Assembly (NCBI RefSeq): GCF_004010195.1
Contig: NC_057751.1
Location: 16,289,024-16,325,873 of the forward strand
Length of the DNA stretch: 36,850 bases
DNA from: Chiloscyllium plagiosum
Taxonomy: Eukaryota
Direction of reading: 5' to 3'
The translations under genes were made by a program, and so were the position numbers. Of this stretch, positions 11,686-21,835 are shown one piece after another. The notes under the pieces are model-generated. The model was not told the DNA's origin. It made no database searches and was given only the letters and a program-made list of their open reading frames with translations. Numbering within the stretch: position 1 is the first letter of the stretch; the number at the start of each line of letters is the position of its first letter.

Positions 11686-12344
11686 ACTCATTGACGGTGA
11701 AGCCTCAGAAACCTTTGGATGAGTCCCGACTCCCGCAAGCGAGGGGCGTTCATGGACTCTTGCAGAGGGAAACAGAGCTGGAAAAAGGGAACGGACTTGC
11801 CTTGGAATTCCTCATTTCACATCTGAGGCAAGAGGTGAGACATGGGGGAAACAGCATTTAAATATTAAACTGAGGCCTTTATGTTTTCAGCCTTATTGAG
11901 TAGGCCTCCCACCCAAAAACAGTCCTTAGCAATCTAGTTCGGAAGGCAAGATGGGCGTAGCTCACTAGACAACAGAGTTGGCTGACTTACTCTTCCAAGT
12001 TAGTCAAAGAGTCATGCAGCACAGAAACAGACCCTTCGGCCCAACCAGCCCATACCGATCCTAATCCCAAACTAAACTAGTCCCACCTGCCTGCCCCTGG
12101 CCCATGTCCCTCCAAACCTTTCCTGTTCATGCACTTATCCAAATGTCTTTATAACATTGTAACGGTATCCACGTCCACCACTTCCTCTGGACATTCATTC
12201 CACACACGCAGCACTCTGTGTGTAAAACAAAAATTGCCCCTCATGTCCTGTTTAAGACTTTCTCCTCTCACCTTAAAAACAAAACCTCTAGTTTTGAACT
12301 CCTCCACCCTGGGGGAAAGGACCTCGTCTATTCACCCTATGTTT

Positions 12345-12650
12345 TGTCACCATACTAGGTAACATCGTCAGTGGGACTCCAGGCTGTTGATAATTCCTGC
12401 TTTCTATTTATATGTTTGGGTTTCTTTGGGTCGGGGATGTCATTTCCTGTAGCGACATCATTCTCCGTGGTGATGTCATTTCCTGTTCTTTTTCTCAGGT
12501 GGTGGGAGATGGGGTCTCACTCAATGTTGTTTGTTGATGTCTGAAGATGTGACCTAGTCGGGTGACGAAACGTCTGGGAACGAACCTTCCAGCTCAGCGA
12601 GCAAACCTACATCCAGAACCTCAACCTGAGATACAAATCTTCTCAAAACG
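12345..12650. mobile_element. Penelope-like fragment inserted in a CR1 3' end
   Basis: Hammerhead core at 12541; repeated gatgtcatttcctgt motif; flanked by a near-duplicated ctattcaccct (about 12328 and about 12653), after which the CR1 resumes. Confidence 0.5.
12541..12580 (+). ncRNA. Hammerhead core of a different Penelope-type family, stem I disrupted
   Basis: CTGAAGA-t-gtgacc-tagtcg-ggtgac-GAAA-cg-TC; stem II has one mismatch; palindromic ACGT stem III. Confidence 0.55.
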
Positions 12651-12959
12651 TGCTATTCACCCTGTCCGTGTCCCTCATGATTTTATAAAACCTCGACAAG
12701 GTCGCCCCTCAGCCTCCGATGCTCCAGGGAAAGCAGCCCCGGCCTATTCAGCCTCTCCCTCTCGCCCAAGCCCTCCAACATCCTGGAAAACCTTTTCTGA
12801 ACTTTCTCCAGCTCGACAATATCTTTCCTGTAACAGGGTGACCGGAACTGGATGCAGTATTCCAGAAGAGACGTCACCAACATCTTGTACAACCACAACA
12901 TGATGTTTCAACCCCTATACCCGAAGGACTGAGTAATGGAGGCACGTCCCTCAGGACCC

Positions 12960-13385
12960 TCACCAACTTTTACACAGGAAGTATTCTGTCTGGGTTCATC
13001 ACAGCAAGAAACAACAGAAAATTGGGAACACAGCCCATTCCCTCACGTTGACTCCATCTTTGCTTCCCGCTGCACTGGGACATTATCAAAGACCCCTCCC
13101 ACCCCAGATACACTCTCTTCCAATCTCTCCATCAGACGGAAGATACAAACGCGAAAACACAACAGCTTCCTCCCCCTCCAAACCCCGATGTTCTTAGACT
13201 GCTGAACGGCCCCCTCGTGTTTTCAAGTCGAATGGCGTCCTTACTTTCCTGTCCACCTCCTGTTGAGCTGTGACCGTGTTCTGCTTCTCGCTCTGTTCTA
13301 TCACCCTCTGATCTGTGTGTTACGATCTGCTCGCCGAAACAAAACCATTCACTGTCCTCAGGTGGGTGTGACAGCAATAACTCAA
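12960..13385 (+). mobile_element. Decayed LINE 3' end, Rex/Babar-like
   Basis: tcccgctgc...atcaaagaccc...aacagcttcctcccc and tail ttcactgt...gtgacagcaataa resemble fish Rex/Babar tails (from memory). Confidence 0.45.
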
Positions 13386-13520
13386 ACCCGCAATCCGGGT
13401 CCCGATTGGTCAGCCCGTGTAGAGAGGGAGCTCGCCAACTGATTGAGGCGGGGGGGGGGGTGTATCTGAGGGTCGGGGGTCAAAGAGAGGGCAGGACTGT
13501 CCTGACAAGTTCAGTAGAAA

Positions 13521-13720
13521 TCACTGGGCCCTTGAGGTAAGCGAGCTAAATGCCTTCTTAACCACTCTGTCTATATGTGACGCAAACTCCAAAGGACCTA
13601 GTATCTGAATCCCTAGGTCCCTCTGCTCTACAGCACTACCCAAGGCCCTGCCGTTAAGTCCTGCCCTTGCTGGTTTTACCAAAATGCAGCACCTCGCATT
13701 TATCCAAATTAAACTCGACC
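13521..13720 (-). mobile_element. CR1-like LINE fragment
   Basis: EFNLDKCEVLHFGK and LGSAVEQRDLGIQI. Confidence 0.8.
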
Positions 13721-13774
13721 TGCACACGCACACACACCTCTGCATAAAAGGCTGCTGACTGAGATAAACGTGAT

Positions 13775-13897
13775 GGGGAGGTGCTGGTATTGGACTGGGG
13801 TGGACAAAGTGAAAAATCACACCACGTCTGGTTAAGGTCCAACAGGTTTATTGGGAAGCGCTAGCTTTCGGAGCGCTGCTCCTTCGTCAGGGAGCTG
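13775..13897 (-). mobile_element. Penelope-type short repeat
   Basis: Hammerhead core followed by aataaacctgttggac...gtgtgatttt; homologous to 15029-15114. Confidence 0.6.
13858..13893 (-). ncRNA. Second copy of the same hammerhead motif, stem I degenerate
   Basis: Minus strand: CTGACGA-a-ggagc-agc-gctcc-GAAA-gc-TA-gcg. Confidence 0.6.
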
Positions 13898-15028
13898 CCG
13901 AAGGTAACGATGCAAGATCTTACGGCCAATGTATTAACGTGGATTGACCATTGATTAACCACAGGAAGCAAAGAGTGAGGGTGAGTGAGTGCTATTGTGG
14001 TTAGCAGTCAGTGACTCATGGTGTACCCCGGGGATCAGCAATGGGACCGCAATTATTCCCAATTTACACAGATGGTTTGGAGCTGGGGAACCACGTGTAG
14101 TGTGTCAAGGTTTGCGGATGACACTAGAGCAAAGTGTGCAGAGGACTGGGAAATTTTGCAAAGGATAGTTGAAGTGAGTGGGGAAAGGTCGGGGAGATGG
14201 AGTACAATGTGAATAAATGTGGAGTCATCCATCTTGGGAGGAGTAACAGTAACATGAACAGTAGGAACTTGCGGCACGCCGCTGTGCAGAGGGACCTGGG
14301 TGTCCTTGTNNNNNNNNNNNNNNNNNNNNNNNNNNNNNNNNNNNNNNNNNNNNNNNNNNNNNNNNNNNNNNNNNNNNNNNNNNNNNNNNNNNNNNNNNNN
14401 NNNNNNNNNNNNNNNNNNNNNNNNNNNNNNNNNNNNNNNNNNNNNNNNNNNNNNNNNNNNNNNNNNNNNNNNNNNNNNNNNNNNNNNNNNNNNNNNNNNN
14501 NNNNNNNNNNNNNNNNNNNNNNNNNNNNNNNNNNNNNNNNNNNNNNNNNNNNNNNNNNNNNNNNNNNNNNNNNNNNNNNNNNNNNNNNNNNNNNNNNNNN
14601 NNNNNNNNNNNNNNNNNNNNNNNNNNNNNNNNNNNNNNNNNNNNNNNNNNNNNNNNNNNNNNNNNNNNNNNNNNNNNNNNNNNNNNNNNNNNNNNNNNNN
14701 NNNNNNNNNNNNNNNNNNNNNNNNNNNNNNNNNNNNNNNNNNNNNNNNNNNNNNNNNNNNNNNNNNNNNNNNNNNNNNNNNNNNNNNNNNNNNNNNNNNN
14801 NNNNNNNNNNNNNNNNNNNNNNNNNNNNNNNNNNNNNNNNNNNNNNNNNNNNNNNNNNNNNNNNNNNNNNNNNNNNNNNNNNNNNNNNNNNNNNNNNNNN
14901 NNNNNNNNNNNNNNNNNNNNNNNNNNNNNNNNNNNNNNNNNNNNNNNNNNNNNNNNNNNNNNNNNNNNNNNNNNNNNNNNNNNNNNNNNNNNNNNNNNNN
15001 NNNNNNNNNNNNNNNNNNNNNNNNNNNN

Positions 15029-15063
15029 CACCTGATGAAGGAGCGTCGCTCCGAAAGCTAGTG
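15029..15063 (+). ncRNA. Minimal type I hammerhead ribozyme motif in a Penelope-type repeat
   Basis: cac-CTGATGA-a-ggagc-gtc-gctcc-GAAA-gc-TA-gtg: complete core, 5-bp stem II, cac/gtg stem I (5' arm cut by the gap), very short palindromic stem III (AGCT). Confidence 0.75.
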
Positions 15064-15114
15064 TTGCTTCCAATTAAACCTGTTGGACTATAACCTGATG
15101 TTGTGTGATTTTTA
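15029..15114 (+). mobile_element. Penelope-type short repeat interrupting a CR1 fragment
   Basis: Homologous to 13775-13897 in the opposite orientation. Confidence 0.6.
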
Positions 15115-16088
15115 ATCTTGGGAGGAGTAACAGTTACAAGGATTATTACATGAACAGTAGGAACTTGCGGCACACTGCTGTGCAGAGGGACCTGGGTGTC
15201 CTTGTGGATGAATCTCGGAAGGTTGGTCATAGAGATATATGGCCTGCAGGTAATGAGGAAGGCAGATGGAGCTCTGTCCTCCATTGCTAGAGGGATGGAG
15301 TTTAAAAGCAGGGAGGTTATGGTACAGGGAGCTGGTGAGGCCACACCTGGAGGACTGTGTAGTTTTGGTCTCCTCACTTGAGAAGGGATGGACGGGCACT
15401 GGAGGGGGATGCAGAGGAGATTCACTGGGTTTGATTCCGGAGTTGAGGGGTTTGTTTTATGAGGAGAGACTGGGATTGTATTTATTGGTATTCAGAAGAA
15501 TTCGAGAAACATATAGAATTACGAAAGAAATCAAGAAGATAGAGGATGTTTCCACTGGCCGGTGAAACTAGGATAAGAGGGCATAGCCNNNNNNNNNNNN
15601 NNNNNNNNNNNNNNNNNNNNNNNNNNNNNNNNNNNNNNNNNNNNNNNNNNNNNNNNNNNNNNNNNNNNNNNNNNNNNNNNNNNNNNNNNNNNNNNNNNNN
15701 NNNNNNNNNNNNNNNNNNNNNNNNNNNNNNNNNNNNNNNNNNNNNNNNNNNNNNNNNNNNNNNNNNNNNNNNNNNNNNNNNNNNNNNNNNNNNNNNNNNN
15801 NNNNNNNNNNNNNNNNNNNNNNNNNNNNNNNNNNNNNNNNNNNNNNNNNNNNNNNNNNNNNNNNNNNNNNNNNNNNNNNNNNNNNNNNNNNNNNNNNNNN
15901 NNNNNNNNNNNNNNNNNNNNNNNNNNNNNNNNNNNNNNNNNNNNNNNNNNNNNNNNNNNNNNNNNNNNNNNNNNNNNNNNNNNNNNNNNNNNNNNNNNNN
16001 NNNNNNNNNNNNNNNNNNNNNNNNNNNNNNNNNNNNNNNNNNNNNNNNNNNNNNNNNNNNNNNNNNNNNNNNNNNNNNNNNNNNNNNN

Positions 16089-17258
16089 CTGGGAGTGTTT
16101 AATGGGGGACAGTGTAGAGGGAGATTTACTCTGTATCTCACCCCGCGCTGTACCTGTCCTGGGAGTGTTGATGGGGGAAAAGTGTAGGGAGAGCTTTACT
16201 CTATATCTAATCCCATACAGTCCCTGTCCGGGGAGTGTTGATGGGGGACAGTGTAGAGAGAGCTTTACTCTGTATCTAACCCCATACAGTCCCTGTCCGG
16301 GAATGTGTAATGGGGGACAGTGTAGGGAGAGCTTTACTCTGTATCTAACCCCATGCTGGCCCTGTCCTGGGAGTTTTTGATGGGGGACAGTGTAGAGAGA
16401 GCTTTACTCTGTATCTAACCCCATGCTGAACCTGTCCTGGGAGTGTTTGACGGGGGACAGTGTAGAGAGAGCTTTACTCTGTATCTAACCCTGTGCTGTC
16501 CCTGTCCTGGGAGTGTTGGATGGGGAACAGTGTAGAGAGAGCTTTACTCTGTATCTAACCCCGTGCTGTCCCTGTCCTGGGAGTGTTTGATGGGGGGACA
16601 GTGTAGAGACAGCTTTACTCTGTATCTAGCCCCATGCTGAACCTGTCCTGGGGGTGTTTGATGGAGGACAGTGTAGAGAGAGCTTTACTCTGTATCTAAC
16701 CCTGTGCTGTCCCAGTCCTGGGAGTGTTTGATGGGGGACAGTGTAGAGAGAGCTTTACTCTGTATCTAACCCCGTGCTGTCCCTGTCCTGGGAGTGTTTG
16801 AAGGGGGGACAGTGTAGAGAGAGCTTTACTCTGTATCTAACCCTGTGCTGTCCCAGTCCAGGGAGTGTTTTATGAGGGGGACAGTATGGAGAGAGTTTTA
16901 CTCTGTATCTAACCCCGTGTTGTCCCTGTCCTGGGAGTGTTTGATGGGGGGACAGTGTAGAGGGAGCTTTACTCTGTATCTAACCCCATGCTGTCCCTGT
17001 CCTGGGAGTGTTTGATGGGGGGGACAGTGTAGAGGGAGCTTTACTCTGTATCACACCCCATGCTGTCCCTGTCCTGGGAATGTTTGATGGGGGGGGCAGT
17101 GGGAAAAATTGTGACTGTGAGGAACTGATTCTTCACGCGCTCCCTTTTGTGATTGTCCATGCTGTCCCTGTCCTGGGAATGTTTGATGGGGGGGGGCAGT
17201 GGGAAAAATTGTGACTGTGAGGAACTGATTCTTCACGCGCTCCCTTTTGTGATTGTCC
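16089..17258. repeat. 70-bp minisatellite (about 14 copies) ending in two hybrid units of about 100 bp
   Basis: Unit ctgggagtgtttgatgggggacagtgtagagagagctttactctgtatctaaccccgtgctgtccctgtc; period 70 (tgtagagaga at 16391, 16461, 16531). Confidence 0.95.
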
Positions 17259-17470
17259 AGTCCCCATTGGACACTGTAGTGAGTAGTGCAGGGGATAATC
17301 GGAACAGGGTGCAGTCTGGGAGGGTGCCCAACCTGACGTCTGTGTTTTTTGTGGGTGTGTTTGGTGGGGCAGTTGGCGAATCCTGGCCGAGAGAATGGAA
17401 GGGGACGTTGTGGTTGCGAATACACCCCGCGCAGGAGTCTGGCGGACGGCGTTTACAAAGAGAGTGAGAC

Positions 17471-17720
17471 CTGTAGGGAAGGGGTTGGGCTGCACAGCGT
17501 CCAAGTACCGATTCACCATGTCGTAGAGCGGTTCGATCGAACCCGCGTCACCGTTCAGCCTCCTGAAAGCGTGCGTGCCAACCTCCTGGAAGGTGAGACG
17601 CTGGGCCGTGCAGTTCTGAGCCGTGGACGGCGGTGAGAGCTGCAGGACCACGCAGAGCGCCAGGCAGACTGCCGTCCCTGCTCCACTGGGCGCCAATCTC
17701 CAAGACACCTCGTTCGCCAT
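17471..17720 (-). CDS. Prominin-family (PROM2/PROM1-like) first coding exon: signal peptide plus N-terminal extracellular segment
   Basis: MANEVSWRLAPSGAGTAVCLALCVVLQLSPPSTAQ...AGSIEPLYDMVNRYLDAVQPNPFPT matches the prominin N-terminal motif G..LY..V..FL..VQ.NPFP. Acceptor ctttgactcggcag| at 17725, 4 nt before the ATG; phase-1 donor G|gtctca (weak) at the position expected for prominins. Paralog not assignable from one exon. Confidence 0.85.
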
Positions 17721-17825
17721 GACCCTGCCGAGTCAAAGATCACCCACAGTCACTGCTAATGTACCCATTCCCCAGCATCACCTCGTGATCTGCCAGCTAT
17801 CCCCTTTTGTCCAAACGCCCTCTTT

Positions 17826-18950
17826 TATGGAATGTGGGCACTGCTGGCCATGCCCCAGCATTTTCTGCCCCCTGTTCCCTCCCTAATTGCCCCCTTGCGA
17901 AAGTGGGGTTGAACCCCATGTGGTATAGGGAACCCCACACAGCGCCCTCAGGGAGGGAATCCCAGGATTCTGACCCAGCGACACTGAATGAACGGCCGAT
18001 ATATTTCCGAGTCGCGGACGGTGAGGGGCTCGGAGGGGGACTTGCAGGGGGGTGGTGTTCCCATGTTCCTGCTGCCCCTTGTCCGTCCAGATGGAAGTGG
18101 CCGTGGGGTTTGGAAGGTGCTGCCTGAGGAGCCTGGGCGAGTTGCTGCAGTGCGTCTTGTAGATGGTACCCACTGCTGCTACTGAGNNNNNNNNNNNNNN
18201 NNNNNNNNNNNNNNNNNNNNNNNNNNNNNNNNNNNNNNNNNNNNNNNNNNNNNNNNNNNNNNNNNNNNNNNNNNNNNNNNNNNNNNNNNNNNNNNNNNNN
18301 NNNNNNNNNNNNNNNNNNNNNNNNNNNNNNNNNNNNNNNNNNNNNNNNNNNNNNNNNNNNNNNNNNNNNNNNNNNNNNNNNNNNNNNNNNNNNNNNNNNN
18401 NNNNNNNNNNNNNNNNNNNNNNNNNNNNNNNNNNNNNNNNNNNNNNNNNNNNNNNNNNNNNNNNNNNNNNNNNNNNNNNNNNNNNNNNNNNNNNNNNNNN
18501 NNNNNNNNNNNNNNNNNNNNNNNNNNNNNNNNNNNNNNNNNNNNNNNNNNNNNNNNNNNNNNNNNNNNNNNNNNNNNNNNNNNNNNNNNNNNNNNNNNNN
18601 NNNNNNNNNNNNNNNNNNNNNNNNNNNNNNNNNNNNNNNNNNNNNNNNNNNNNNNNGGGGGGGGATTCAGTGATGGTAACACCATTGAACATCAAGGGGG
18701 TGATGGTTAGATTCTCTCTTGTTGGAGACGGTAACCCCCAGGATGTTGATAGTGGGGTCGGGGGGGGGATTCAGTGATGGTAACACCATTGAACATCAAG
18801 GGGGTGATGGTTAGATTCTCTCTTGTTGGAGACGGTAACCCCCAGGATGTTGATAGTGGGGTCGGGGGGGGGATTCAGTGATGGTAACACCATTGAACAT
18901 CAAGGGGGTGATGGTTAGATTCTCTCTTGTTGGAGACGGTCATTGCCTGA
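17826..18950 (-). mobile_element. L2/CR1-group LINE 3' end with internal tandem units (spans a gap)
   Basis: Homologous to 21836-23880; three units of about 105 bp at 18657-18940. Confidence 0.75.
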
Positions 18951-19517
18951 CTCCTTCCTGGCCACAGTGTTGCTCCAAGAGGGAATTTTAACGAATGGGA
19001 GTCAATGGGGAAATTCCCGAACTCCCAACCTTCATCCCTGGCGTGCAAGACTGTGAGGCGGAAATCTTCTCTCTCCCCGTCCCCGTTTCCCATCACATAC
19101 CAGGCGTGGGAATGATGTCACCATGGAGAACATGCTTGGGCCTGTTGTAGCCCGTGCTCACCTCTCCTTCTCCAGCTGAGGAGTTATCCCCTGGCGTGGA
19201 TCTCGGGGAACTTTCCAGGGCACGTTTGTGGCGAGTTTACCTGCTGGGATTGGTGAGGGAGGGGGGACAGGGGAATCCACTGAGCCCTCAGAGACCCCAG
19301 TCTGAGGGGGAAGAGATCACCATGGAGGAGAATTTCAGAATCGATGGATCCTCTAAGGAAAGGAAGAGGTTTGTGGGGAGGGTGTGCGCTCCTGTTCTCG
19401 CCTCACGCACTTTTAAGGGATGGACAGCCACCTCAGACTGACAACTTGGCTCCGACGTACACAATGCTTACACGCAGACACGCAAATACTCACAACGGGA
19501 ACACAAAACAGCCTTAC

Positions 19518-19690
19518 CTGGCCAACTTTTGAGAGATAGTGCCTGTCCGTGCTGTCACTGCCCTGTCTTGGAGTTGCAGTCAGCAAAGATAGAGACATCG
19601 GTTTCCCGGTCCTGTGGGATGGGGAGGGCTGCTGCTTGAGACACTTCACAGAGCAGCAAACTTGTCCAACAGGTTCAAGAACCCTCTGAC
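19518..19690 (-). other. Putative non-coding first exon of the prominin-like gene
   Basis: Strong donor CAG|gtaagg at 19518/19517 in unique sequence, upstream of an ATG exon that has its own acceptor; the 5' end is a guess from the TATA-like motif. Confidence 0.5.
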
Positions 19691-19790
19691 ATAAACAAAG
19701 GCGATACGGGGCGCTGAGAAAAGTTATAAATAAACGTGACTGCCGGTCGTTCCTTCCAGATTGCTCACTCAAGGGCGCGGCTCAAACTTC
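19675..19790 (-). promoter_or_regulatory. Putative promoter of the prominin-like gene
   Basis: Minus strand gtttatttataactt (TATA-like, forkhead-like) at about 19721-19735 and tttgtttat at about 19691-19699; motif evidence only. Confidence 0.3.
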
Positions 19791-20603
19791 ACAGAGCAGA
19801 CTTGGTAACGACACCTCCCCAAGCCTGTTCAGACAGGAGCATCACTCGCTCGCAAATGGCCGCAAGGTTAGCAAATGGGTAACGGCAGCCAACAACAACT
19901 CCGTTCAAATCCAGAGAGAGAGAGAGAGACAGAGAGAGAGACAGAGAGTTTGTCAAACTCCCTGCAATGTGGGAAGCAGACCAGTTTGGCCCACCGAGTC
20001 TGTAATGGCCCTCTCCACAGCATTGCCGCCCATCACCCGACCCTATCCCTGGAACCACCCCCCCCCCCCCCCCCCCCCCCCCCGTTTTAACCCCNNNNNN
20101 NNNNNNNNNNNNNNNNNNNNNNNNNNNNNNNNNNNNNNNNNNNNNNNNNNNNNNNNNNNNNNNNNNNNNNNNNNNNNNNNNNNNNNNNNNNNNNNNNNNN
20201 NNNNNNNNNNNNNNNNNNNNNNNNNNNNNNNNNNNNNNNNNNNNNNNNNNNNNNNNNNNNNNNNNNNNNNNNNNNNNNNNNNNNNNNNNNNNNNNNNNNN
20301 NNNNNNNNNNNNNNNNNNNNNNNNNNNNNNNNNNNNNNNNNNNNNNNNNNNNNNNNNNNNNNNNNNNNNNNNNNNNNNNNNNNNNNNNNNNNNNNNNNNN
20401 NNNNNNNNNNNNNNNNNNNNNNNNNNNNNNNNNNNNNNNNNNNNNNNNNNNNNNNNNNNNNNNNNNNNNNNNNNNNNNNNNNNNNNNNNNNNNNNNNNNN
20501 NNNNNNNNNNNNNNNNNNNNNNNNNNNNNNNNNNNNNNNNNNNNNNNNNNNNNNNNNNNNNNNNNNNNNNNNNNNNNNNNNNNNNNNNNNNNNNNNNNNN
20601 NNN

Positions 20604-20768
20604 CTGCACATCCCTGAACACTATGGGGTAATTTAGCACAGCCAATCCACCCTAACCTGCACATCCCTGAGCACTATGGGTAATTTAGCAAGGCCAATCC
20701 ACCCTAACCTGCACATCTCTGGACACTATGAGCAATTTCCCATGGCCATTCCACCCTAACCTGCACAA
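20604..20768 (-). mobile_element. HE1-like SINE tandem units (truncated by a gap)
   Basis: Reverse complement of the 52-bp unit, about 3 copies. Confidence 0.85.
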
Positions 20769-20972
20769 TCTTCATGAAAGGGTCTCTCTCTCTCTCTCCC
20801 TCTGTAGGGTATCAGTTCTAATCTCACCACGGCACCTCATGCTATCTAACTCAATCTTTTTTTTTCAGGAGAATAGGGAACTTCAAAACTGGATGTACAA
20901 CAAAAACCCATCCAGTCCCCGCATTGAGACAGAAGTTGGCCACTTTTATACTGCTCTGACCAAAATGTGACT

Positions 20973-21627
20973 TGTTACGGACCAGACCAAATCCCCTCGC
21001 AATATTTTATGATAACCTGGACCCTAAGTTGTTCTTATATTGCATTCCAATTACAGATTTAGCAAAACTACCAGATTTGAGACTCACTGACGTCTACACA
21101 ATGGAAACTGGCCTTTTGGCCCAAGTCATCCATTTGAATCAAAGCTCGCTTTAATCATACATGATCATTAAAACGCAGCCCCAGAAATTGGAATAACTAA
21201 CTCTGTGGGAAGACTTGACAGAATAGTAGGTTATTTAATGACTTAAACAGTACCAGCTCCATGACAGTAACATCCCATAAACACTATGTCCTTGGCAAAG
21301 GCAAATTTAGTAAATTTGCCAATACTCTATTCTAGGAGGACGAAGAGAGAGAGAGAGAGAGAGAGTAAGAATAGCCAGGTGAGATGTACTGCAGTTTCTA
21401 AATCCAGCTTCAAGACTCCAGCTACTGAAAACCTAAACCGAAAAGTCCAAGTTCTGTGGGAGCTTGACCCCACCCAGTCAGGCTGCTGCTATTGTTTCAA
21501 CTTTTACACAAGGCCTCACAAGCTGTTTACTTTAAGGACTTTCCATCGGCTCCTCTGCTTTAAAATCTCTCTTCAAAATTATCAAAAAAGGACACGAAGC
21601 ACTTCTGAAATTCAAAGGTTTGTCACA
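20973..21627. mobile_element. Probable solo LTR
   Basis: Starts TGTTAC and ends GTCACA (TG...CA, imperfect terminal inverted repeat); AT-rich block; flanks gact/gaca are a possible 4-bp TSD with one mismatch. Confidence 0.5.
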
Positions 21628-21835
21628 GACACCAGACAACAGGAATGAAGTGAGGTCTGAACTGCCCTCTGAAATAGCCAAGTGAGCCAATCACATCAAA
21701 GGAAAGGGCAATGGGAAGCAAATGCTAGTGATTCCTGCATTCCATGAAAGAGTCAATATACCTTAAAAACTTCCCCCAAGAGTCCTCCCAAACTGGGGCC
21801 ATTTTTACAACAGTTACCGCCTGGTTCCCCCTTAA

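Larger units (their letters stand above)
12008..12935 (-). mobile_element. CR1-like LINE 3' portion split by a Penelope-like insertion
   Basis: LYKMLVTSLLEYCIQFRSPCYRKDIVELEKVQKRFSRML...LRGDLVEV; 3' UTR at 12010-12120. Confidence 0.85.
13915..15588 (+). mobile_element. Decayed CR1-like LINE RT/C-terminal fragment (spans a gap and a Penelope insert)
   Basis: SRFADDT, MEYNVNKCGVIHLGRSN, QRDLGVLV, ELVRPHLEDCV. Confidence 0.8.

Noticed and set aside
11801..11857. MLFPPCLTSCLRCEMRNSK with a phase-0 GC donor as NPC1L1 exon 1
   Set aside because: Phase fits, but the peptide is not a credible signal peptide and the donor is non-canonical.
14124..16187. Long ORFs crossing N runs (also around 1215-1450, 8773-9066, 18187-18656, 20095-20603)
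   Set aside because: Artefacts of translating assembly gaps.
16089..17258. CRISPR-like arrays (also the 52-bp and 93-bp arrays)
   Set aside because: No unique spacers, no cas genes, vertebrate context; these are ordinary tandem repeats.
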